The notes below the pieces were generated by a model that was not told where the DNA came from, did not search any database, and worked only from the letters and a program-made list of their open reading frames with translations. Positions 1 to 11,000 of a stretch of 64,000 bases of DNA are shown in pieces; position 1 is the stretch's first letter, and each line of letters opens with the position of its first letter. The position numbers and the translations under genes were made by a program. Origin of the DNA: Mobula hypostoma (lineage: Eukaryota); contig NC_086108.1 of NCBI RefSeq assembly GCF_963921235.1, positions 33,916,001 to 33,980,000 on the forward strand, written 5' to 3'.

Positions 1-60
1 TAAAAAAACTAATCAAACCACCTTGTCCACCTGTCTGTCCTTTTGATGTGGTCTATATCC

Positions 61-281
61 GCACAGAAGCGTAATGGTTAGCTGTAAAGTGTTAACTTTA
101 CAGCACTGGCGACCCAGGTTTGATTTCCTCCACTGTCTATAAGGAATTTGTACGTTCTCTCTGTGACTGCATGGGTTTCCCCGGGCACTCCAAAGACGTA
201 TAGCTTCATAGCTGAATTGGACTGCGTGGGCTTGTTGGGCCAGAAGGGCCAATTACCGTGCTGTATCTTGAAATAAATAAA
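61..281 (+). mobile_element. tRNA-derived V-SINE (HE1-like)
   Basis: A-box-like TAGCGTAATGG-type head, B-box-like GGTTTGATTTCC, V-domain-like TTTGTACGTTCTCTCTGTGACTGCATGGGTTTCC, AATAAATAA tail; similar copies at 46331 and 49186. Confidence 0.75.
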
Positions 282-399
282 TCTTTGGGTATTACTCTCT
301 GAACTGTGATCTTCCTTTAACCACCACTCAGTGATGCCCACAGTTACTAATTTAACTGTGCTTCAAAATTATTTATTAACATGTACTGCACATTTTCGT

Positions 400-1081
400 A
401 TATAGCACAAAGTCCAGTATTCATCACTCTTTTCAATTTTGTCTCCACGTTGTCTGAAATTAAACTCTCATCTCTTTCTGAACTTTGTCTTATTCTTTAT
501 TTTAGAGAGTTCTGTTACCTCTCCTGCACTCTCCTACCCTTTTACTTTATTGATACTTTTCCAGGTTATTTAACCAACCCCTCCAACTATTAGGTTCAAA
601 GCCCTATGGACAGCTCTAGGTAGGCAATTCATCAGGATCCCGTTCCCAGCATGGTCCATCCACCAGAACAGCAACTTCGTTCCAGAATACTGGTGCCAAT
701 CTCCCATGAATTCAAACCCACCTCTCCCACACCAATGTTTGAGCCATGTATCTAGCCCTGAACTTCTTCACCCTGTGCCACTTTCCATATGGCTCAGGTG
801 ATCATCTAGAGATTTCCTTTTTGATTCGCCATTTTAATTTACTCCCTAGCTGCTCAAATTCCCTTGGCAGAGCCTCAGTCCTTGTTCTTCCTCTGTTGAT
901 GGGACCCACATGTTCCATTACAACTGGATCTTTCCTCTCCCACTCCAAATTCTTCTGTAGGTGAGATGAGATGTCCCAAGCACCAGGCAAGCAACCCAGC
1001 CTTTGGGACTGTCGATCCTTGCAACAGAGAAGTGTGTCTCTAACTGACTATAGTATCCCGAAATAAACCACATTTTCTTTC
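400..1081 (-). mobile_element. CR1 LINE ORF1 (SGNH-esterase-like) fragment, split by the Gypsy insertion; continues at 5863-6075
   Basis: ORF 802-990 PGAWDISSHLQKNLEWERKDPVVMEHVG resembles CR1 ORF1 esterase; sequence resumes after the TTTC TSD. Confidence 0.7.
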
Positions 1082-1856
1082 TGTTACGTAACCGGCAACA
1101 ATGAATATCAATCGAGACAGGTTATATAAAAACAGCCAAACATTTATTTAACCTGGATAAACGATAAGGAAAAAAACGAACGAAAACTTTAACCGGAAGT
1201 TAACCACTATGCGGCCGTTCAACACCTCGTCACTCAGCACTAGTTCTTAAAGTGTTAAATACGAAAACAGTTCTTAAATCGATACAGTCAGATATAGTTC
1301 TTAAAGTGATAAATTCGAAAGTCCAACAGATTTATACGTTCAATTGGGGAGAGACTTCACTGGAGAAGGATTTCTTCATAGACGTGACTTTCCTACTGGT
1401 TCTGTCCAAAGGATTCATGATGCTGAAAATAAACAGTTTAAAACAACTGACCTTAAATTCTTTTAGAGAGACAGAGCAAACATTTGTATGAACTCTTTTC
1501 TCTTTTTGGCAAGAGTTATCCCCGATGCAGGTCGCTACTCCTCCAACGAAAACTCAACAAGGTCGATCCTTTATTAAACTGCCAAATGATGCCGACTCCT
1601 CTCGATCCTTTGGTTCTGTACTTTGACAAATTCTTCACTCTTCCTTCTACGGTTGGAATTGAGTAAATCAGCACATCTAGCTAACAATTCCCAGTCCAAT
1701 AATATGGTATCTTGCAACTGAGCGCAACGCACTGTTTTAAAAATGAAACTGCATCACAAAAACAAACATGCAACAGAAATGGAGACACAGCACATTCTAC
1801 CCAGAAATCTATAAACTAAAAAACCAACTGCGTCATCCGAGGTCGACCCTTGTATA

Positions 1857-3406
1857 CAGGTGTCCCCCGCTTTTCGAACGTTCGCTTTACGAAACCTCAC
1901 TGTTATGAAAGACCTACATTAGTACCCTGTTTTCACTTTCAGAAGGTGTTTTCACTGTTACAAAGAAAGGCAGCGCACGATAAAAGGCAGCGCGCACCCC
2001 AAGCTGCCGCTCTCCCCCGGATTCGGAACAGCATTGCTGAAACACGTTGCATTGAGCAGCCGTTAGCAAGATGAGTTCTAAGGTGTCGGAAAAGCCTGAA
2101 AGAGCTCGTAAGGATGTTACACTTAGCGTAAAACTAGACATAATTAAGCGTTTCGATCGTGGTGAACGAAGCAAGGACAAGGTGAGTTTGGCTTGTGGAA
2201 GTTGAAGAAGATGATGTTGAAGAGGTTTTGGCATCCCATGACCAAGAACAGATAGATGAAGAGCTGATGCAATTGGAAGAGGAAAGGATAACAATCAAAA
2301 CCGAATGCAGAAAGTGAAGCAACTGCGTGAGATTTTCGCTGCAATGATAAAGTACGACTTTAATCTTGAAAGGGTACGTAGGTTTAGGGGATATTTGCAG
2401 GATGGTTTGAGCACTTACAAACAACTGTATGATAGAAAAATGCGCGAGGCTCAGCAGTCAAGCAAGCCTTCCACATCAACCACAGCAGACGACGAACCTC
2501 GACCTTCGACATCGAGGCGGGCAGTCATAGGAGAAGATGAGCTGCCTGCCCTGATCGACAATGAGATGACACCCCCATGTCCCACCACCCCAACACCTGG
2601 GCCCCAGACAGATACCGTACCGATTCGCGAAGAACGCAGCAGTAGCCGGGAGGCACACAGCACATCTTTAAGAATAAAGCAGAAATAAACATGCTAATTA
2701 ACTAGGTGCCGCCAACACGTAATTGTCAGCCCAGATCAGTGCCAATTTCCAATTGCATCGCCTCTGATCTGGGCCAACAATTACATGTCGGCGGCACCTA
2801 ACTAATTAGCATGTTTATTTTGGCTTTTTTCTTAACGATGTGCTGTGTGCCTCCCGGCTACTGCTGCGTTCTTCACGGCAATGTAGTGGGTCGGCGGCCC
2901 GGAGGTTGGGGGGCCACTGCACCACCCCACCCTCCGACGACTCAGCCTAACACACCAACATCAGTGTGTTCGATGTCTTCCCGATTCCCGTAAGTGATGC
3001 TACACTGTACATACATTATTTACACTTATAGGCTGTGTATTTTTACGTGGTATTTGGTAGATTTGGCAGCTTCATAGTTTAAAGGTTACTGGAGAGCGCA
3101 TTTATGCCAACAGTGCTTGTGTGAGATTTTCGCTATGGAGATCTGTGCAGGCAATCATTGTAGAGAAGTATTTCTACTTTATATAGGCTGTGTATTTATC
3201 TTATCATTCCTGCTTTTACTATATGTTACTGTTATTTTAGGTTTTATGTGTTATTTGGCATGAGTTGGTAGGCTATTTTTGGGTATGCGAATGATCACAA
3301 AATTTTCCCATATAAATAAACGGTAATTGCTTCTTCGCTTTACAACATTTCAGTTTACGAACCGTTTCATAGGAACACTCTACCTTCAGAGGGTGGGGGA
3401 AACCTG
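1857..3406 (+). mobile_element. Tigger/pogo-type DNA transposon, non-autonomous deletion derivative
   Basis: TA TSD (1855-56, 3407-08) at a site that is a single TA in the other LTR; TIRs CAGGTGTCCCCCGC / CAGGTTTCCCCCAC; from 2071 an N-terminal HTH remnant MSSKVSEKPERARKDVTLSVKLDIIKRFDRGERSKD joined to acidic C-terminus EVEEDDVEEVLASHDQE. Confidence 0.9.
2588..2912. repeat. Long imperfect inverted repeat (~150-bp arms) inside the Tigger
   Basis: GAAGAACGCAGCAGTAGCCGGGAGGCACACAGCACATC...AATAAACATGCTAATTA mirrored by TAATTAGCATGTTTATT...GATGTGCTGTGTGCCTCCCGGCTACTGCTGCGTTCTTC. Confidence 0.9.
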
Positions 3407-3725
3407 TACCCATGGTGCACATGTCATCACGTGACCTCACATTGGCAGGAAAATTACATCAGGTGACCTCCAAAAGACCATTACACCATTCTCACCAAAA
3501 AAAACAGATCTCCTTGAGCATGTAACACCTCACTCCAAAAAAAAATTTTGGTCTCTTAAAGAACAAAATTTTAACAATTTATACAAAAAAAATACAAAGG
3601 TATAAAATTTACAAAATACACAATATATACAATCTTATCTTTCAGTCCTTTACAAACTAATGTACAGTAGGAGTGCTACAAATGTGAAAATATCACTTCA
3701 AAAAAACCAAATTTTCATTGTACAT

Positions 3726-4812
3726 TTAACATCTAGACAAACAATCAGCGGTCACATTATCTTTACCCTTAATATGAGTGATCAAGATATTGTACTCTTG
3801 TAATATTAGACTCCAATTTAATAATCTTCTATTTTTGTTTTTCATCTTACTCAAAAACACTAATGAATTGTGATCGGTATAAACTGTGAGTGGTTTATAA
3901 GTAGTACCAACATACACTTCAAAATGTTGTAAAGCCAAAACAAGAGATAACAATTCTTTTTCTATTGCTGAATCATTTATTTGATGGGCAGTAAATTTCT
4001 TAGAAAAATAAGCTACCGGACGATCAACTTCATCACCATCATCTTTTTGAAGTAACACTGCTCCTGCAGCTTTATCACTAGCATCTACAGCTAATAAAAA
4101 TGGTTTTTCAATGTCAGGAGATTTAAATACAGGTTGATTACATATTATAGCTTTCAATTTATCAAATGCCTCCTGACAAGACTCTGTCCAATCAAACTTC
4201 TCATTTTTCTTCAAGAGATTAGTTAATGGAAGAGCAATGTTTGCAAAATGCTTACAAAATTTTCTGTAATATCCTACCATACCCAAGAATCTTCTGAGAG
4301 ATTTTCTACCAGTTGGAAATCGCCTGAACTTTTGCTTGAACAGGTGCTAATTTCCCCTGACCCACAACATAACCAAGGTAAGTCACTGTGGCATGACCAA
4401 ATTCACTTTTAGCTAAGTTAATAGTTAAGTTAGCTTTTGAAATTCTCTCAAATAATTTCTCCACCGCCGTAATATGTGCTTTCCAGGTATTATTCCCTGT
4501 AACCGAATCATCAATATAGGCATCTGTATCTTTTAATCCGTGAATCACGTTATTAATCATCCTCTGAAAAGTACCTGGTGCATTCTTCATCCCAAATGGA
4601 AGAACATTATATTCATATAACCCAGATGGGGTTACAAATGCTGAAATCTCTCTACCTCTATCCGTCAATAGAACACACCAATAACCTCTTAACAAATCAA
4701 TTTTTGTAAGGAATTTGGCCTGTCCAACTTTATCCACACAATCATCTATCCTAGGGACTGGATATGCATCAGTTTTTGTCACAGTATTCACCTTTCTGTA
4801 ATCCGTACAAAA
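3726..4812 (-). pseudogene. Gypsy pol remnant: reverse transcriptase + RNase H, frameshifted near 4300
   Basis: DYRKVN, KIDLLRGYW, LPFGMKNAPGTFQR, AYIDD, GMVGYYRKF, AVDASD, VYTDHNSL, HIKGKDNVTADCLSR*. Confidence 0.92.
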
Positions 4813-4964
4813 CATAGAAACATAGAAACATAGAAAATAGGTGCAGGAGTAGGCCATTCGGCCCTTCGAGCCTGCACCGCTATTTATTATGATCATGGCT
4901 GATCATCCAACTCAGAACCCAGCCTTCCCTCCATACCCCCTGACCCCTGTAGCCACAAGGGCCA
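4810..4964 (-). mobile_element. 5'-truncated CR1 3' end with (TTTCTATG)n tail
   Basis: Near-identical to 34918-35073, the 3' end of the youngest CR1 in the window. Confidence 0.9.
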
Positions 4965-4971
4965 CAGATTA

Positions 4972-5858
4972 TGTTACGTAACCAGCAACAGTGAATGTCA
5001 ATCAAGACAGGTTATATAAAAACAACCAAACATTTATTTAACACGGATAAACGATAAGGAAAGAAACGAACGAAAACTTTAACCAGAAGTTAACTGCTAT
5101 GCGGCCGTTCAACAACTCGTCACTCGGCACTGGTTCTTAAAGCGTTAAATGTGAAAGCAGTTCTTAAAGCGATATAGTCAGATATAGATCTTAAAGCGAT
5201 AAATTCGAAAGTCCAACAGATTTATACGTCCAATTGGGGAGAGACTTCTTCTTTTCTTCATAGACGTGACTTTCCTACTGGTTCTGTCCAAAGGATTCAC
5301 GATGCTGAAAATAAACAGTTTAAATCAACTGACCTTAAATTCTTTTAGAGAGAGAGAGAGCAAACCTTTGCATGAACACTTTGTCTTTTTGGCAAGAGTT
5401 ATCCTTAATGCAGGTCGCTAGTCCTCCAATGAAAACTCAATAAGGTCGATCCTTTATTAAACAGCCAAACAATGCCGACTCCTCTCAATCCTTCGGTCCT
5501 GTACTTCGATAAATTCTTCACTCTCCCTTCTACTGTTGGAATTGAGTAGATCAGCACATCTAGCTAACAATTTCCAGTCCAATAATATGGTATCTTGCAA
5601 CAGAACGCAACACACTGTTTTAAAAATGAAACTGCATCACAAAAACAAACACGCTACAGAAATGGAGACACAGCACGTTCTACCCGGAAATCTACAAACT
5701 AAAAAACCAACTGCGTCATCCGAGGTCGACCCTTATATACCCATGGTGTACATGTCATCACGTGACCTCACGTCGGCGGGAAAATTACATCAGGTGACCT
5801 CCAAAAGACCATTACATCATTCTCACAAAAAAAAACAGATCTCCTTGAGCATGTAACA
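4972..5858 (-). repeat. 5' LTR of the Gypsy element
   Basis: Direct repeat of 1082-3527; TG...CA. Confidence 0.93.
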
Positions 5859-6089
5859 TTTCTCTACCCACCCCCCCTCCACCCCCGAATAGTTCCCTGA
5901 AACATGGTGCCATGGTTTGGTTTCTCTGCCTTCTTATAGCCCCTCTGCTCATCCTCACAGAGAGTAGCATTCCCAGATCTGCTGGGCAAGCTCAAGGGCT
6001 GAGATCTGTCCGGTATTACCTTTTGGACTCCCTCACCAGTCTCTCTCTCTTTCACAGTCACACCCTCTTAACCTTGGCCACAGATCGAT

Positions 6090-6566
6090 TAAGGTAGACA
6101 TTGTCAAAATCATAGATATTGTTAAACTAGTATAAAATATATAATTAAAAAATGAATACAGCAATTCTCTTCTTATCAGTTTATGAAGAGAAAGGAAAAA
6201 AACATTGAGTTTTAGATGAAGGGGAAAAAAAACCCACTACACTATATATATATATAAAAAACTAAAAAAAAAAGGGACTGGGCAGTCCATGCTGAGGATA
6301 CAACCAAAAAGAAAGAAAGAAAGAAAGAAAGACTTTCTGATCAAATCTAAAACTTCAAAACCAAAAGATTGAAAGAGTAATAAATCCAATGAAATGAAAA
6401 TATTGGATAAACGGCTGCCAGATTTGCTCAAATTTAAAGGATGTATTAAATGTCTGACTTCTTATTTTCTCTAAACTTAAACAGGACGTAATGGAGGAGA
6501 GCCAATAAAAGACCATAGGTGGATTAGAATCCTTCCACTTCAATAAAATGGCTCTCCTAGCCAGTA
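6090..6566 (-). mobile_element. L1-clade LINE 3' fragment
   Basis: ARRAILLKWKDSNPP...WLSSITSCLSLEKIR...WQPFIQYF resembles the C-terminus of fish L1 ORF2, followed by a T-rich 3' UTR. Confidence 0.7.
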
Positions 6567-6736
6567 AGATTTTGGTAACTTTTTAGTTAACTACTCATTT
6601 AAAAAAAAACCTTACCTGCTCTTACCTGCTTCTCACCTGTGTCTCCTTGCCAAAGTCTCTTAAGCCAAAGCCTTGGATCTTAGATTCCTCCACTGCTCCA
6701 GTCACATAACGGCAGATCCAAAATGATCTCTGTGAC

Positions 6737-7540
6737 ATAGAATATAGAAAACCTACAGCACAATACAGGCCCTTCGGCCCACAAAGTTGTGCCGAACATG
6801 TCCTTACCTTAGAACTACCTAGGCTTAACCATAGTCCTCTATTTTTCTAAACTCAATCTACCTATCCAGGAGCATCTGAAAAGACCCTATTGTTTCCACC
6901 TCCACCACCAATGCCAGCAGCCCATTCCACACACTCACCACTCTCTGTGTAAAAAAACAACTTACCCCTGACATCTCCTCTGTACCTATTTCCAAGCACC
7001 TTAAAACTATGTCCTCTCGTGCAATCCATTTCAACCCTGGGAAAAAGCATCTGACTATCCACATGATCAATGCCTCTCATTATCTTATACACCTCTATCA
7101 AGTCACCTCTCATCCTCCGTCGCTCCAAAGAGAAAAGACTGAGTTCACTCAATCTATTTTCATGAGGCATGCTCCCCAATCCAGGCAACATCCTTGTAAA
7201 TCACCTCTGCTATGGTTTCTATGGTTTCCATGTCCTTCCTGTAGTGAGGTGACCAGAATTGAGCACAGTACTCCAAGTGGGGTCTGACCAGGGTCCTATA
7301 TAGCTGCCACATTACCTCTCGGCTCCTAAACTCAATCCCATGGTTGATGAAGGCCAATGCACTGTATGCTTTCTTGACTCCATAGAGTCAACCTGCACAG
7401 CTGCTTTGAGTGTCCTATGGACTTGGACCCCAAGATCCCTCTGATCCTCCATCCTGCCAAGAGTCTTACCATTAATGCTATATGCTGCCATCATATTTGA
7501 CCTGCCAAGATGAACCACCTCACACTTATCTGGGTTGGAC
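6737..7540 (-). mobile_element. CR1 LINE 3' fragment
   Basis: LYRTLVRPHLEYCAQFWSP, LERRRMRGDLIEVYKIM; TTCTAT-type tail; same subfamily as 13912-16352 and 54238-57012. Confidence 0.9.
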
Positions 7541-7814
7541 TTTGACCTCCACCTCTCCTTGCCTCAATGTTCTTGCCTCTTGAGCTAAAGCTTCGGTTTC
7601 CCACTCACACTATGGCTCATCCCACAATGGCTACTCTGCTTAAACCTTAATGTTCTTGGCCAAAATCAAACTCGCACGCATCAAAACTTATACCTTTTCA
7701 ATGCTTCCCACTTTCACATGGTTCTCCAAAGTGAAAGCTTGGGAAGTGAAATGCAAGAGAAGTATTTACGAGATGGCAAATTATATTATTCCAACTAGAT
7801 GTTGGAAATTTTGT

Positions 7815-8084
7815 TGTTCAGAGGCAACTCCCTGAAAGTAGTGACACAAATGGATAGAGCACTGAGGAAGGCATTTAGCTTGCTTGCCTTTATAGGCATA
7901 AGGTATTGAATATAATACAAACTGGAATATTATATTGCTACTTCCAAGACAATGGTTAGGCCATCACTTGGAACATTGTGTACAGCTTTAGTCACTAGAC
8001 AATAGAAAGGATGTGGTAGCACTAAAAAGAATGCACCAGGGTGATGTCTGGAATGGAACGTTTTAGTTACAAGGTGAAATTGGA
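7815..8084 (+). mobile_element. Old CR1 3' region, piece 1 (continues 13050-13293 and 21250-21405)
   Basis: Degenerate CR1 RT C-terminal sequence that is colinear across two nested insertions. Confidence 0.65.
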
Positions 8085-11000
8085 AAGAATCATAGAGAAG
8101 TACAGCACAGAAACAGGCTCTTTGGCCATCTAGTCCATGCCAAAACTATTTAAACAGCCTACTCCCATCAACCTGCACCAGGACCATAGCCCTCCATATC
8201 TCTACTCTCCATGTACCTATCCAAAGTTCTCTTAAACATTGTGCTGGCAGCTCATTCCACACACTCACATCCCTCTCAGTGAAGTTTATCCTCGTGTTCC
8301 CCTTAAACTTCTCACCTTTCATTCTTAACCCATGACCTCCAGTTGTTGTCCTACTCAACTTCAGTGGAAAAAGCTTGCTTGCATTTACCCTGCCTATACT
8401 CCTCATAATTTTATATAACTCTATCAAATCTCCCCTCAATCTTCTACGTTCTAAAGAATACTGCGCTAACCTATTCAATCTTTCCTTATAAATTGGGTCC
8501 TCCAGATCTAGCAACATCTTTGTGAATTTTCTTTGTACTCTTTGAACCTTTTTACATCTTTCCTGTAGGTAGGTGACCAGAAAGGCACACAATACTCCAA
8601 ATTAGGCCTTATTAAGGTCTTGTACAACTTCAACATAACATCCCATCTCCTGTACTCATACTTTGATTTATGAAGGCCAATGTGCCAAAAGCTTTCTTTA
8701 TGATGGTATCCACTTGTGATGAAACTTTCAAAGAATTATGGACCTATATTCCCAGATCACTTTGTTCTACCACACTCCTCAGTGCCTTACCATTCACTGT
8801 GTAAGACTTACCCTGGTTGGTCCTACTGAAGCACAAAACCTTAAATTCCATCTGTTATTTTTCAGCCCATTTTCCAGCTGATGCAGATCCCTCTGAAAGC
8901 CATGATGGCCTTCCTCATTGTCTATTACACCCCCAATCTTGGTGTCATTAGCAAATTTGCTGATTCAGTTTACCATATTATCATCCAGATCATTGATATA
9001 GATGACAAACACCAAATGGCCCAGCACCGATCCCTGCTGCACACCAGTAGTCACACACCCCCAGTCAGAGAGGTAACCATCTACTACCACTCTCTGGTTT
9101 CTCCCACAAAGCCAATGTCTAATCCAATTTACTACCTCATCCTGAATGCCAAGCGACTGAAACTCATGACCAGCCTCCTATGCAGGACCTTGTCAAATGC
9201 CTTACTAAAGTCCATGTAGACAACACCCACTGTCTTGCCTTCATCAACTTTCCTGGAGAGTTCCTTGGAAAAACTCTAAGCTTGGTTAGACATGACCTAC
9301 ATGCACAAAGCCATTTTAACTATCCTTAATCAGCCCATTCCTATCCAAATACTATTTATCCAGTCCCTAAGAATACCTTCCAATAACTTTCCCACAACTG
9401 ATACCAGACTCACTGGCCTATAATTTCCTGGTTTATGTTTGGAGCCTCCTTAAACAGCAGAAAATTATTAGCTATCCTCCAATTCACTGGTATCTCTCCT
9501 GTCGCTAGGAATATTTTAAGTATCTCTGCTGGGGCCCTGGTAATTTCTGCACCTGCCTCCTGTCGGGTCCAAGGGAACAACTTTTCAGGCCCTGAAGACT
9601 TAGTCACCTTGATCTGCCTCAGGTAACAAACACTATCTCCTCTGTAATCTGTACAGGGTCCATAAAGACGATGCTGCTTTGCCTTACTTCTATAGACTCT
9701 GTATCTATCTCCTGAGTAAATACAAATGTAAAAAATTCATTTACAGTCTTCCCCTATCTGCTTTGGCTCCACACATGGATTACCATACTGGTCTTCCAGA
9801 GGACCAATTTTGTCCCTTGCATATCTATAGAATTCCTTAGGATTCTCCTTCACCTTGTCTGCTAGAGCAACTTTGTGCCTTCTTTTAGCCTTTCTGATTC
9901 CTTCCTTAATTGTTCTCTTGAATTTCTTCAACTCCATAAGCACCTCATTTATTCCTACTTGCATATACCTGCTATGACCTCCTTTTTCCCCCCTCTTAAC
10001 CAGGGCCTCAATATCTCTTGAAAAATAAGGTTTCCTACACTTGTTATCTTTACCTTTTATTCTGACAGGCACATACAAGCTTTGTACTCAAAATTTCATT
10101 TTTGAAAGCCCCCTACTTTCCAAGTACGTACATTCTTGCCAGAAAACAGCCTGCCCCATCCACACTTGCCAAATCATTCCTGATACTAGCAAAATTAGCC
10201 TTTCTCCAATTTAGAATCTCAACCCAAGGACCAATCTTTTTGCATATTTACTTTGAAATTAATGGCATCATTGTCACTAGATGCAGCATTCCCCTATGCA
10301 AACTTTTGTCACGTGCCCTGTCTTATTCCCTAATAACAGATCCAGTATCACATGATCTCTCACTCAGACTTCTACTGACTGATGACGGAAACTTTCCTAA
10401 ACACATTTAACAAACTCTATCCCATTTAGTCCTTTTACAGTATGGGATTTGCAGTCAATATGCGCAAAGTTAAAATCACCTACTATAACAACACTATGTT
10501 TCTTGCAACAGTCTGCAATCCCTTTACAAATTTGTTCCTCTAAACCACAAGGACTGCTCGACAGTCTGTAATATAGCCCCATTAACATGATCATATCTTT
10601 CTTATTTCTCAGTTCCATCAATAACATCTGTGACGACAAACCAAGTTATCAGACGATTGATGCTGATGAGAGAGATAAGGGAGACAAATGGAGAAACGTT
10701 CAAAATGTTAATGAGAGAGATAACGAAAAGAGACACAATTCAGAGTATTGACAGACTGGTTGCTTTGAACCTGAACTGTTTGAAGTTTGATGGACAGGCG
10801 ATACCCCAGCAGGGGGATAAAAAGAACAGGTTCGCTAAGGCACGACACACACCACGAGATCACGAGATAACGAGACCCTGGAAGAGCGGGGTGCCCCCAA
10901 AAGTTGTTGGGAGTTGGAGGTCTGGTTCGTGGGAACCGACCATAGACGCACAGGGTGAAAAGGTTATCATCGGTGGGTAGCTGGTGTGTGTGTCCGCCCT

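Larger units (their letters stand above)
1082..3527 (-). repeat. 3' LTR (interrupted by Tigger 1857-3406)
   Basis: Highly similar to 4972-5858 once the insertion is removed; TGTTAC...GTAACA termini. Confidence 0.93.
1082..5858 (-). mobile_element. Ty3/Gypsy LTR retrotransposon, Gmr1-like, internally deleted
   Basis: Two ~0.89-kb TG...CA LTRs (1082-3527 interrupted, and 4972-5858); 4-bp TSD TTTC at 1078-1081 and 5859-5862; PPT GGAGTGAGG on minus at 3528-3536; RT and RNaseH ORFs. Confidence 0.93.

Noticed and set aside
4306..4896. 196-aa ORF as a novel RT gene
   Set aside because: Its N-terminus is CR1 3' UTR read through into Gypsy RT; a junction product, frameshifted before RNase H
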